Source of the DNA: Dudresnaya verticillata | Taxonomy: Eukaryota | Reading direction: 5' to 3' | Length of the DNA: 64,000 nucleotides | Assembly (NCBI GenBank): GCA_977862235.1 | Contig: OZ374564.1 | Span: forward strand, 558,001 to 622,000 | Shown: positions 25,701-39,110 of the stretch, piece after piece | Position numbering within the stretch: position 1 is the stretch's first letter | How the letters are laid out: each line of letters begins with the position of its first letter | Position numbers and translations under genes: made by a program | Notes under the pieces: model-generated | What the model was told of the DNA's origin: nothing | The model's input: the letters and a program-made list of their open reading frames with translations, nothing else | Databases searched by the model: none

Positions 25701-27895
25701 AACCGACCTGGTAGTTCGACGCGTCGGTATCGACAGAATAGCGCAAGCCAGGTTTTGGCAGAGATAGTACCGGGGGTTCCGTGACAGCTTTGATCAGCGT
25801 CCGGAACGCGGCCTCTTGGTTGTCGTCGAGCGACTCAATATTGTCCGGGTGATCCTTTTTGAGGAGCCGGTTCAGTGGTCCTGCCACGTGAGAGTAATTG
25901 GGGACAAACCTCCTATATACGTTACACAATCCGAGGAAAGACCTCAATTCCGTTTGCGTACGCGGGTGTTTTGCTTTGCGGAGTGCCGCAGTGACCGTTG
26001 GGTCGACCCGAAGTTCGCCGGGGCGTATGATATGGCCCAGGTAGTTGACGGTGTTTGTGAATAAGTCACATTTCTTTAGTTTGAGGGTAACCCCGGCTTG
26101 GTCCAATGCAGTCAGGATCTGCTCGACGTGTTTAAAGTGGGACTCCACGTCCTTGGAGTAGATGATAACATCGTCCAAGTAAACGAGGCATGTCTGCCAC
26201 TTGAAACCTGAGAGCAGGATATCCAGGGTCCGCTGGAAGGTAGCGGGTGCATTGGTAAGGCCAAATGGCATTCGCTTGTAGCGGAAGGTTCCCGCATGGC
26301 ATTTAAACGTGGTTTTGTCACGATCGCGACCGTTGATGGGGATTTGCCAATACCCCGAGTTGCAATCGAGCGTAGTGAAGACGTTTGCTTCGCCGAGTGA
26401 ATCGATGCATTCATCGATGCGAGGTAACCGGTATGTATCCCGAACGGTTGCGGCATTTAAACGTCGGTAGTCGACACAGAATCGTAAGGTACCGTCCTTT
26501 TTAGGCACCAAAACAACTGGAGACGCCCAGGGAGATTGTGCCGGTTCTATAACGCCAGCTCGTAGCATGCGGTCAACTTCCGCTTGTTCCACTTGGCGTT
26601 GCTTCGGACCCGCCCGATAGGGTGGGCACGAGAACGGCCTCGTACCCGGAATCATGTCGATGTAGTGTTCCGTAGTGGTGATTTCACCTAGTGAACCATC
26701 GCACATTGTAGAAAACCTACCAAGCAATCGCCGCACGCGCTCGGCGTGATTCTCCGTCAGGTGGGATAAATCCACGTCGTCCACCGAAGGTGGAGGTTGG
26801 TTTTCCACTTCAAGGGTCTTCGCGTGAGCGTCACCTTTGTTTGTCGTATTCGACAGTCTTCCCAGTCGTTGGGTTTTTTGCGGTATCGTCCGCTAAGTCA
26901 GACAACCCAAGCACGTCCGCCAGCCGGATGGGACTGGGCACCACGGCGGTGGGGTGCGGGAGGGCGGTCGCGACGACCTGGTTCTTTGGAAGAACTTGGT
27001 CGTGCGAGGTGAAGTTCGCGACTAGAATGCGGAACGGCCGCTTTGGTTCAACATGGGCTATCCCATTCGTTGCAATGATTCCCTGCCGGTGATACGGCCT
27101 GTCGTAGGGCTGAAGGCAAATCAGCCCCGCGCGTTCTGTGGTTACTGAAACCCACTTTTGCGCTTGGGCTGGGATTACGGTTCGTCCAGCTACGCGTATT
27201 TTCGTTGAGGTATGAACTCGTAGTGGCTCATACTCCTGATCATCAGGTAGTGGTGGAGCAGTGGGCGGTCGCTTCAATGGTCGCCGCGTAATCGGCACGC
27301 GAGTCCCATTGTCGAGTTCGACTTCACGGCTCCTCGGATAGATGGCTTCTACGAAACGGTCGCAGAAGTCACATCCGAGGATGACCGGGGCGGCGAGTCT
27401 CTCGCAGACAATAAAGTCAAGTTTGACAATGCGGTCGCCCAGCCGAACGACCAAGGCGATGACGCCGGATGTTTGCAACGGCCGATTGTTGGCGTCGCTG
27501 ATGGTGGGGATGTCCCCTTCTCGAATGCGGGGCTCCGCTTGAGGTGGTAGTTCAGATTTTCTGATAAAGTTGGGACCGGCACCGGTATCTAGCACAGTAA
27601 GTTTACGCGATAGGTAGCTTGGGTGTAAACCCGTATCTGCGTATACTTTAAAGTTGCGCTTTGCCGCTATCAGCAATTCGCCTTGTGCATGCGGTGGACG
27701 GTACCGGTGCCAGGGCCTGCGTAATCCTGCCATTGGTGACGAGGCCGAGGTCCGTCTAGTCCTTGCAGGGTTCTGCAGTATAGTCTTTGGAGTTATATCC
27801 TCCTGCTTGTCGGGTCGTGACCCTTGAGCTTCGATCGGAGATGGTTCCGGTTGAAGTTCCCCAGTCAAAGGGGGTGCGACCCCGACTAGTTTTCC
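22741..27895 (-). pseudogene. pol: Element B pol (protease, RT, RNase H, integrase, long linker, chromodomain) with several frameshifts
   Basis: ORFs 26831..27868, 25369..26808, 25046..25267, 23757..25049 and 22741..23874 with LDTGAG, YLDD, DTDAS, HHCC and FEVKWYGY. Confidence 0.97.
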
Positions 27896-30285
27896 GAATT
27901 GCGGATGTCCGCTCGTCCGTCGCGCCCATTCGCAGGGGACTGTCCAACGGGCACGAACGCCTGAGGATGGCGTTCGCTAGTGTGGGGTACCACGTTGGGC
28001 GGTCCCTGTGGTCGACCTTGAGGACTTGCCTCATCGTATTGGGCCTGTGCTTTCGCCTTCATGTAGGACGTAGCCGGCACACGTTCGCGGTCGACCGCAC
28101 TGAGCGATTCATAATTGAGGATAATCCTCAGGTAGTCCTTCCATGCCAAGAATCATTCGGGCGAGACATGCCCAGGCTTGTAGCAAATATGACAGATGAC
28201 TGTTTGCTTGGGGCCGAAGTTTCTTTGGGGATTTCCCCTATCTTGCCAGCCCGGCCGTGCGCGCGTCATCCCAGGCGAATGCTCCTGGTATGGGATGCGC
28301 GGGGCCGGGACTTGACGAGAGCGCATGAGAAACGCTTTATCTTCGCTTCCGTAGGATTCTACTTGTGAGTCGGTAGGTGGGTCGGACGACAGCAGTGCCG
28401 CGTCTGGGTACAAAAGGTGCACCTCGGCATCCTGCTCGCCCACCTGCCTACGTGGGACTCCACTTCCGTCTCGGAACTCAATTGACGAGTCGGCCATCAT
28501 AGCGGAATTTCCGCGCCCTGGACGACGTCCTCCTGAAGTTGCGGTGCGGCCCGCGAGTTGGTCTTGTCCAGCGCGTGGCGCGCGACTTCTTCCACGGTGA
28601 GCTTCACTTTCATCTTGTGCGTAATGCACTAGTCGTTCAAACGACAATTCGTGACGAGGAGTTTCCTCTCGATACCGGGCGACCAGCGAGCGGATGCTCG
28701 GGTCGAGACCGTCGATGAAGTACGTCATCTTCTCCCATGCTTTGTGGACATTGCCACATCGGTTACACGCTTTCGAGACTCGCATCCCGAAGCGTGTTTC
28801 CGATTCGCCAGCGTTCTGCCGGAGAGCACGGAGCTCGAGGATTGCCTCACGTAGCGCGCTCGGTGTCGCGTAGGTCCGCAGAAGATACTGCACAGCTTCG
28901 GGCCATGAGGATACTCCTCCATTAGAACGGGACGGAGCGGCCTTGACGGAGCGAAATTGAGTAGCGGCATTTCCGCGTAAGAAGTAGGGCAAGGCGATGA
29001 ACGCCTGCGCTTCCGACATGTCGAGGGTGTCGGCCTCGTCGACTAGTCTGGAGAGAAACTCCAAAATCAACACGGGGTCCTCCCCATTAAAGGAACAATC
29101 CTTCATGGTTAACTCCAGTCTTTTGATCTGGTCTTTGATCTTGCCGGTCTGTCGGCTTGTACGGGATTGTTCCGTATTCTGTAGGCGGTAGTGCCTGTAG
29201 GACAGCAATTGGTCATACAAGGGGTTCGTTGGTTTCAGCTCCTTGAGGTGCTTATACCGCGCCCCCTTGCGTCGTGTACCATCATCGCGACAGGGATTTC
29301 CCCAAACGTCTGCATCGGAGCGGTCTGAGTCCGAATTGTCGGAAGCCGACCTGGAGGAACTTCCGTAGCCGTGGCGATGGTGACGGCGACTGCGGGTATT
29401 CCGCGTTGAGTCACGATGCCGGCTTTGACGCCGTTCTTCTCGGCGTTCTTGACGATAAGCGTCATCGTGCGGGTGGTCAGCACACCCGTACGGTCAACTG
29501 TCCTTGGGGTAAGTGTCCCCTTGTCGATGGCGATTGTCGAATTCGACTTGTCGTCGGTTTGCGCCCCGGCCATCGGGATGCAATGGCGATTCGCGCTCGT
29601 TGAGGCATATGCCCTCTAGTCGCTCCAAGCGGTCGGCAATCCGCGTAATGCGGTCATCGAGCGGAAGTTCCGCGGATAAGCTTGGGGGACTCGGACGGGG
29701 CCCCCTTGCGGGAGTAGCCCCGTAGGTTTCGAGGAGGCGGTTAACGTCTCCTCGAAGTGTGCGGACCTCGACGGCGAGGTCCGGGTGGTTCTGCGGAGGA
29801 TTCTCCAAGACGAGGTCAATTCGAGTACCAACCTCGTCGATACGTTGGTTGACCAAAGCCAGGCTGTCCGTTATCTGACGCGACAGCCGGGCGGCAAAAG
29901 CCTGGTCTTCCATGAGGCAAACCTCTTGAATTGCACTTCGGGGAATAGTTGTCCCGTGTATGAAGGCAACGCGAGGTGCTTCCTCTTGGATTGTGGGTGG
30001 CTCCACCGGAGGCGGAAGTGATGCCGAAATCGGCGGTGGTGGATTGGGCAGCGGCGGCGGAGGTGCCGGCTGCCCGCCTTGGTCTTGGCCAGTCGGGAGA
30101 GTCCCGGCTGGGTAAGGAGGTACGATCTCCACCGAAGGGGGAAGGCGAGGAACCCCCTCATTGGGTATTGCCGAAAAAGCGGTTTGGACCGCAGGACTTG
30201 CCTGCGCACGTGCACGCGTCACCATATTGGCAGCAGTCTGCGTTGGTACAGACCATGCCGATGACGGCTGTCGACGCGTGGGCAT
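27886..30285 (-). pseudogene. gag: Element B gag, fragmented, with a zinc-knuckle-like motif
   Basis: ORFs 29494..30285, 28153..29220 (CHICYKPGHVSPE then stop) and 27886..28149. Confidence 0.88.
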
Positions 30286-30370
30286 GGCAGGTAACTGCAG
30301 CGTAAAGGTTTGAACTAGAAGAACGGTACTTCCGTAACGTAGGCAACGTAGCCAATCGGAATTTCCGAAC

Positions 30371-30388
30371 TTCTAGGTCGGGAGACCA
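30371..30388 (-). promoter_or_regulatory. PBS of element B
   Basis: Same 18-mer, 2 nt from the LTR end. Confidence 0.9.
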
Positions 30389-30390
30389 AA

Positions 30391-30992
30391 TGTGGTGCAA
30401 TCCACTGAGGAAGAAGCAACAGAGGATACACCTCGGGCTGTTCGGGGGCCCGTGGGTAGCGAGGGCTGGTTGGTAGAGCTGGGGAATGCCCCTTGGTGCG
30501 ACTGTAGAACACCAAAAGACAGAAAAAGGGAGGTTCCTTAGAAAGAAGGAAAAAGCAAGAGAAAATAAAGGAAAAACAGGATTCTGTACGATGAAGAAGG
30601 GTAGCATACGTACTGGAGTCCAGCCTAGCGACGTAGTCGGGAGGGTAGGAGGGTATGTCTCGCTGGGCCCAAGCTTAGCCGTTTACTGTATGAGGGCGCA
30701 CCTCCGGGCCCTAATATACTATGTACACGCGGGTGCGCCGCAAATGAAGTGGGGAAGGGAGCCTGCCACTTGGCAATTCCTGGCACGCGGAAAGGGATTA
30801 ACTAAAAGTAACTAAAATTAAGGGCGCCTGACAGTGGGTACAGTAGCGAAGATCCGCCACCATAATCCGCCACCCGTCACCACCGGCGCGCACGACTTAC
30901 AGGCCGGGCGCCTTACAGGGGCAGTCCCCAAGTACATTGCTGGTGGTGAATCCGCGGTTTGAGGGAAATGAGCACAGGTGAGTTGCACCACA
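30391..30992 (-). repeat. 5' LTR of element B
   Basis: TGTGGTGCAA...TTGCACCACA, a perfect 10-bp terminal inverted repeat. Confidence 0.95.
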
Positions 30993-30997
30993 TGGCA

Positions 30998-33213
30998 CTG
31001 TTGGAAAGCCAAGCCAATGATACCTTTTTAAAGGTCAAGACGTACATTGACGAGGCATCCGCGCGCCGTGATGATCGTCTCCTGGCGAGGTGTCAGCAAG
31101 AGATTGAATCTCGAGGTCGACCAGGTCCTCCCAGAGGATTAGACGAAGAAAGGGTCGAAACCCTGCAGGCGCAAGTCGATTCCATCGGGAACCAATTGGA
31201 TACCGTCCACGAGGAACTACACGCGCTCAACAAGATCACAGACCTAACGAGAACAGAAGCCGTAATGGCTATACAAGACGTTCAACGGAACGTGGACGAC
31301 ACAAGGTGGGTCGAACAAAATCGAGCCATCGAGCGCTTACGCAAAGATCTCGATGAAGAAAGACGGAAGGTCGCGTTGCTAGTGCTAGAAGCAAAGATGA
31401 GGTGACTTATCCGTGAACGGTATTTAGTCCCTGAGTCGAACGACGACGCTCCTCTGTGCCTCGAGGCACCAGGGACCGTCGCAAGACGTCTCCGCGACGT
31501 GACTCGGGAGAGGAGTCTGGAAATGACGACTTTGGTCGTGAGAGCACGGAACACCCTCGGTGTGATTGCCGGGCGACGCACAGTTCCAACGTGTGCCGCA
31601 GCAGGATTGACTCACGTCAAGACCGGTACTCAAGCCGCAAGGCTGAGGATCAACGCCGAAGTAATTCCTACCCCGCTCCGAAACACTCGGATGAAGATGA
31701 ACCCACCTCGCGAGGTCTTTCTCGACCGTCATGGAGCTCTTGGAGAGGCCCACGTCGGACGGGACTCAAGGAGTTGGCTCCACGAAACCCTGCCTTTGTA
31801 CAGGTTCTTTCGTACCAACGCTATCGGTTGTTGAATGTCGATTCATATCGAGGACCGGAAGTAACGGAAGCCACGTCCAATAAGATTAAACGGGTTAAAT
31901 ATGTAATGAGGAGTCGTTGCTTTGATGGGAGTGACCCAGTTTCCATAATTGGCTTTCTGGCCACGTTGAAACGACAGTTAGATCAAGCCCAAGTCAGTGA
32001 AGGCGCTGCCATTCTGGTTATCCCAGAGTTCTTGGAAAAAGACGCTAAGGACATGTTCGAAGCCAATTTCGATGCCGCAGGCGACGACAATGGGGGTTTC
32101 AATGAGTGGCCGGAAGCCATTAATTACCTCCTGCGTACTTACGCAAAGGACGTCTACATCGAGAAGATTTCTTCTGAGATGGACACGATGATTCAGGAGT
32201 CTGATGAGGAGGGGGTTACGTTTTCAAGACGTTTGCAGAACAAAGCGCAAAAGGTCGCAGGTTTTTATTCAGAGCAAGACCGGATCACACGTTTTATACG
32301 AGGGTTACTACCTGCTGTCAAACCGCTTTTATGTACGTCATCACTGGACCCTCACACGGCGCGACTGGCAGACTACGTTGAGCTCGCAACGGCTCAGGGA
32401 GATTCCCACCGAGCCCTTGTGGGTGATGGACGCTCCAAGAAGGTGAGCTCAACGCTACCCCGGAAAACCCTTTCCAGGGTGAAGACGCACAAGTCCGGTC
32501 GAGCTCTTCCCATTCGCCAGAATAGGAAGCATATGTCCTCGGATTCCGATTCATCAAAGAGCAGTAGCTCTGACGCGGATAGCGAGGACGCTGTGGTGGC
32601 TGCCATCGACCACGAAGCGCCTCCATCCACGGTAACCCTATCCGACTCGTGGTCTGGGGCACCCAGTGACCAACCATACTATGGTGAAGTGGAAGCGGTT
32701 CTATAGAACTACAACCACCGACTGCCTGGATGGGCACAACCAACAAGGACTCAGCGTCCTGGGTGGGTAACAGTCGAAGATGCACCCAATGACATTTGTT
32801 TCGAGTGCTATGGCGTGGGCCACAAAAAACCGAATTGCCCATATCTGGCTCGCACGGATGAACCGTCATTCGAGGCGCTAAAACGCCGACAGTTTTATCA
32901 CCTGTCGCGCGAGCAGAAGACATGGTTAGCCACAATAGGGCGCCTATCCGAGTTCGCAAACGGAGATACCCGGGGGGACCACCGCGACTACGCATCGTCA
33001 GGACGTGCCGGTGGGCCGCCGCCAGGCAGGCATCAAAATGTGGGGTCAACCCCAGGCAGGAACGGACATGTCCAATTTCAAGCGGGACTTAATCACCCGG
33101 TTGACACTCCCAGACACCCACCGTCAGCGCCACGCTCGCCAAGACCAGGGTCACGAACCGTTCCGCCTCCTCCACCGCTTCCGCGGTCGCCTACTAGCAG
33201 GGCGAAAAACTAG
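30998..33213 (+). pseudogene. gag: Element C gag, 3' part, fragmented
   Basis: ORFs 30959..31405, 31456..32706 and 32815..33213; FDGSDPVSIIGFL...YLLRTYA core; CFECYGVGHKKPNC knuckle. Confidence 0.88.
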
Positions 33214-36200
33214 CTAGGGGGAACCGGTTTCGGTTCACTGGGCAACCCCAGTCGTATCGGAACCCCCCGATCGTTCAGAGGAATGTGACTTCTTAAGCTT
33301 CTCCTCTACCGACCGATCGGTATCGCGGGAAACCCCGCCTTCTCTTCCAAAGAAGATTTTAGAACGCCCCGTGGGCCTACCTCCCGGGTATAAGTATCAT
33401 GAGTATGTTAAGGACCCAGTTTGCTCTCTTTCGAGATACAACTATAAAGTTGTCGCGTCCGTGGGGACTTCTGTTGAGAAACTTACTCAAGTTCTCTCAA
33501 TCTTGGACACTGGGGCGGGCCCAAACCTCATCCGAGCCGACGTGCTCTCTTTGGAAGAACGGAAGAAGATATCTTCGACCCGATCGATCGTGAATTGGAT
33601 ATCCGCGTCAAGTCACCGCTTAAAAACTATGGGAATGATCTCCCTGGCCGTCAGAATTGGCTCCTACACGGTACGATAACCGTTCGTCGTAGTCAAGGCA
33701 TTAGCTGTTGATATGACCTTAGGCTGTACCTATATCGATACCCATGTTGAAGCGTTGCGTGTACGCAAACAAACCATCGCGCTACGGGACGGCTCGGTAC
33801 ACCCGATTCTACGGCGTCGGTGCGGTATCCCGAGCCACGAACTCTGGCCAGCCCATGGAGGTCCCTCCCCTACCTAACTCGCGACTCGTGAGAGTTGCCC
33901 AAACCACTAACTTACTACCCGGTTCAGAAACCTGGGTCGCTGTCACGTGCACGGCCAAAGGAACGCACTTCCTAGATTCGTTCCAACGTCTATACGACCG
34001 TCAACAAGTGATCATCACGAATGGCATCGTCAAACTCCAAGAGAATGTTCTCTTCCGGGTCAAGGTGCCAACTTTTCTTCCCGCACACAGCTGTTGAACA
34101 AACACCAAGTGCTTGGTCGCGCAGTTCCAGCTCCCACGGCCACGCCTGTATATTCGGTTTCCATCGACGCCGTCTCCGAGGATAAACTCTCACAACAAAA
34201 GGGCACGAATCCTCAAACGGAGACATCCTTCGATGTAGCGGGGGCAGGGCTCGCTGCTGCTCTTGGCGTGACCAATTCCAAACCGAGCGTTACAATCGCC
34301 GCTGAGAAGCTAACAGTCGATGACTTAGCTCTGGAACACATCTCTACGTCTGAAATACGTCTCATGCGCAAGATGTTGCGACCCTTCGCAGATATGTGGA
34401 ACGGGAAGCTCGGGACCATAAAGGTCACGGAGCATCGCATCGATCTCACTGACGGGCAAAACCCGTATTTGCACAACCATATCGGTCTGGACCGAAGGCG
34501 CGACAAGCGGAGCAAGATGAAGTCGACAAGATGTTGAAGGAAGGGGTCATAGAGCCAGCGCGCTCTGCATTCGCAAGTCCAGTGGTACTGGTGAAGAAGC
34601 CAGACGGATCCCTCCGTTTCTGTGTTGAGTACAGAAAGCTTAACGAGATAACCATCAAGGATTCTTACCCTCTCCCGCGAATGGACGAGTGCTTAGACTC
34701 GTTGGGCGACGCCCAATATTTTACAACCCTTGATTGCAATTCAGGGTGCTGGCAGATACCAGTCGCGGCGGAGGATAAGCCAAAGACCGCTTTTACCTGT
34801 CATGCAGGTTGCTTTCAGTTCTGCCGAATGCCATTCGGTCTGTGCAACGCACCAGCAACGTTTCAACGAACAGTTGACATTTTATTATCGGGATTCCGAT
34901 GGAAGTCTTGTCTCGTCTACTTGGACGACATCATGGTCTTCTCTAAGAGTGTCAACGAACACTTAGGTCACGTTCAAGAGATCCTCTCTGTTTTGAAGGA
35001 AGCGGGTGTGTCGCTCAAGTTGAAGAAGTGCAATTTCTTCACAAAAAGCGTGGACTACCTCGGGCACGTGATCCGACCTGGTCTCCTGGAGGTAGCTACC
35101 AATAATACACAAGCCATCGAAGGCTTCAAGGAACCTACGGCGCAAACGCAACTACGGTCGTTCATTGGGTTATGCAACGTCTATAGACATTTTGTACCGA
35201 ACTTTGCACTCGTAGCGTCTCCGCTTAATAGGCTCCTACAGAAGGACGTTGGTTTCTAATTACCTCCATTAGATGAACGGCAACGCGAAGCTTCCGCTTT
35301 ACTGAAGAAAGCCCTCACCGCGCCGCCAATACTCCGACTTCCTGAAGAAGACAGACCCCTCTCGGTCGATACCGACGCGTGTGACTACCAAATAAGGCGC
35401 GCCCTAATGCAAATGGAACCCGACGGGACTCGATACCCTATTGGCTTTTGGAGTCGGGGCCTAAAAACAGCAGAACGGAATTACCCCGTCGGCGCGAAGG
35501 AATGCCTCGCTGTAGTCTGGGCTACACAAATTCTCAGACCATATTTGGAAAGGTCTCATTTCGACCTCTACACCGACCATCAGGCTCTCAAATGGATGAT
35601 GAGCATGACGGACGCGTCCAGACGTCTAGTGCGATGGCGCTTGCGTCTCTCAGAGTATGACTTCACGGTTCAATACCGTAAGGGAAAGAAAAATCAGATT
35701 GCTGACACTGTCTCACGATTACCTACCTATTGGTTTACTAAGTGGGAACCGGATCTCGAGATTCCCTGCTTCATAATCGCTGATAGCGATGGGGAAGATC
35801 CCCCTGACCCTTCGGCGAAGGAAAAATCGCGATCCAATACCAGGTCGCGACCTTTGGAAAAATGGGAGATGGAACCCGAATACAATTCGTTCGAGTCGGG
35901 TCTCCAGGACGAGCAATTGATAGCCAACGTGGCCGAAAAGGAAATGGACGAGAAGAGTCTTTCTCTCCTCACAATAGAGGAACTTCTTCGCACCCAACGA
36001 ACAGACGAATTCTGTAAGGGTATCCGATTAGCCATCGAAGCGGGAAAACCGGGATGTTATCTGGAAGACGAACGCGGACTCCTAGTCCGAAGGTCTGACA
36101 TTGACCGAGCTTTACAGGTAGTCATACCTAGAGTTCTTCAGGAGAGAGTCCTACATCTTGCGCACCACCCGGATATGGCTGGCCATCCTGGTGGCACACG

Positions 36201-37806
36201 GATGTACCACAACTTGAGAAGGCAAGTGTATTGGCCAGACATGGCCCTTGCCGTTTACTCGACAGTGCGTAACTGTGTCAAGTGCGCGATGAAACGAGTC
36301 CAGTTGAGGAAACATACTTCGCACATGAAGTTATTTCCGGCTACTATGCCGCTCGAATTCCTAGGAATTGATATCTTGGGCCCGCTGCCGCGATCAAGCA
36401 AAGGGAACGAGTATCTTCTCGTCATCACCGATCGTTTCTCGAAACTTACACGGGTAGTCCCGTTGAAGACGGTAACGGCTTATACGGTAGCGAGATCATT
36501 CTGAGAACACTGGGTGTATATCTACGGGCCACCCCGTTACGTCTTGTCCGACAATGGATCGCAGTTTGCTTCCAAGTTCTTTATTGCCGTCTGTGGCATC
36601 CTCCGTATTCGGAATATGTTCACTTCTACATATTATCCGCAGACCAATGGTCAGACCGAAAGGTTCAACCACACCCTTCTAGAAGGGTTGAGACACTTCA
36701 TCGCAGATGATCAAAAAGATTGGGACGAATTCACGTAGGCACTGACGTATGCGTATAATACGACCGTTCATCGTGCTACGGGATTCGCGCCCGTTGATTT
36801 GGTTCTATCCAACCCACCTACTTCTATCCTCATGGAGAAAGCTGAAACGGTCGACGTGGCTAACGTACCTGCGACTAATGTCAAGAAGCGGCTGACCGCT
36901 AGACTTGAGAAGCTGATGGATACAGCGTTGCCTCGGCTAAAATTAGCGCAACGTCGCTACGAAGCTAACTTCAACAACCGCATGCGTCTGAGCAATCAGA
37001 AGATACACCCTGGACAATGGGTCTTTCTCGAAGGAGAAACTAAGATGAAAGAAGCTAGAGGCGTAATTCGAGAAGGAAAACTTTTCCCAAAGACTCTGGG
37101 GCCTTATAAGGTTCTCGAGAGAGGAACGCACACAGTCATGCTTGAAGTCAAGGGCGAGCGAGATTCAATCTCGTTGGACCGCGTGACATTGACGCCCTCG
37201 CCAGACAAAGAGCTCGGAGCTCTAGAACAGGACTCCACGATAGTTGGTGAAGCACAAGAAGCTGGAAACCATATGCAACCACCTTCTGGGCCAGAGCCCA
37301 CCGATGAATCTCCCACTGAAGGGGCGCGAAGAACGCAAGATGAGGAACGCTCAAGAGAGGCCGTTGGACCCGCAAATGCGACAACTTTCCCCCCTCCATT
37401 AATTGGAAACACTGACAATATCGATAATACCGTGGGCCCGGTTTCTCCCAACATAACCCCTACAGAGGTACCTGTTTCCCTGTCACAAGGCGGTAACGCC
37501 CCACAACTCTTACAGGAGTCAAATCCGCCTGCCGCTCCGACAGCAACACCGGCGATTGAGGATGATGTGACGGCGCCTCGCCGTAAGTTTTCCCGCTGTA
37601 AGAAAGCACCCCCACGTGAGTTCGTGTACGACAAAATCGTCGACTATGACGCCGATACACATAAGTACCGTATCCGGTGGTTCCAATGCCCAGCGTCGCA
37701 AGACACCTGGGAGCCAAGGGATCACCTCCCTGACAATTTAGTCAAACGGTATCACCGTTCCAGGAAGATCCCCCTTCCCGAAGTAACTGCCGACGCAGTG
37801 GCTTAG
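33214..37806 (+). pseudogene. pol: Element C pol (protease, RT, RNase H, integrase, chromodomain) with many stops and frameshifts
   Basis: LDTGAGPN, YLDD, HHCC, SDNG, chromodomain YRIRWFQCPASQDTWEP. Confidence 0.95.
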
Positions 37807-39110
37807 TCGATAGGCCAAGACGTGGAGTCTCGGGAAAACACAGCCCTAGAGCTCTACAGAAAGAGACTGTCGGCTTAGAATGGAAAATGAGGAGCCAATC
37901 TCCTGCGGCAAGGGTGGGGTTGCTTGTTGAAGCTGTCATTATATGAAGCGCGGAGCACACGGAAGTTGTCTGAAACGTGTAACACGTATGCTGATGAAGA
38001 GAAGGTTGACACCTTGGTTTGGTTATAAGATATGGATAGATGAATGAAGATTCAAGATATGGATAGATGACATGGATAGATGTGGATAGATGTACAGAAG
38101 GTTCAAGACCTGGGATAGATGAGATCAAGGGAAATCTGGACATGGGTAGAACCCTGTAATAATAAGACTTGAGCCAACACTCACATGTATAGAAGAAATA
38201 CTACCCCCGGTAGGAAGGAAGCCTTATGCTAATATGATAATTAAGTTATGGGGATAGGATCCCGCCACTTATGGATTGAAACCCAGAAGTGAGGATCTGC
38301 CCTCATGCTGGAAACCTCCACCACTGCAATAATCGTGATGGGAATCCACGAAACTACACTCGTCTGCCCTAGCAGAGTTTCTATAACTTTGTCGCCGTTA
38401 CTAGGCCGTCGTGGGTGGAGGCTCACTACCATGGAGGAGTCGCTTCACCATAACCGTGACCTGCCGGCAGCAGATGTGGCACAAACACCCTCGTCGACGA
38501 CGACTAGGGGATGTTAACGACCCTCTTGGAGGGAAAGGACGGTGTGTTGCTCCAGACGCCATAGAGGCAAATTGACCTGCAAATCAGCTATGGCTGAAGA
38601 GCCCCTACATCGGTTGGCGCCGACAAGCGCACAGCTCTACAGTGTGTTTTTGTCTACTGTAGAGTCGCCTCTGTCATTGCTGGCATTAATTGATTTGGCA
38701 AAGCGCCAAGGGAGGCGGATTGACTAACGAATCACAATCGTTTGGCACCACAATCCACGGGGCACTGCCCTGACATCCCCGGCTCTCGCCACCAACTCCC
38801 TTGAGGAGTATGCCGCGCAAGTGCGCGCGACCCCCTCTCCGAGTGTGAAGGACCTAGACAAGAAAAGGCGCGACGGCCCTGAGTTAAAGGCAGTCACTCG
38901 ACGAACGTCGACGGGGGCTCCTTCGGAGCCTAGTCGCAGAGGCGTGTTAGTGAGGGCCACCTCAGTGGTTGGCTCTACTTAAGGAAATAGGCTGTACCAA
39001 AGTGACACAATCAACAACAAGTCACTTTACTTCAGCAGATAAGCCGCTCTTGCCCAAGTGTGGCGAATTACGTGGCTCAAGAGCCATTACTCGAAGAAGG
39101 ACAACTTTGG

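Larger units (their letters stand above)
7742..30992 (-). mobile_element. Element B: full-length Ty3/Gypsy chromovirus-like element with TSD TGGCA
   Basis: TGGCA at 7737-7741 and 30993-30997; LTRs 30391-30992 and 7742-8336 plus 20014-20020; PBS 30371-30388; PPT 20021-20030. Confidence 0.95.

Noticed and set aside
30371..30388. tRNA gene
   Set aside because: Only the 18 nt matching a tRNA 3' end are present and there is no cloverleaf; this is a PBS.
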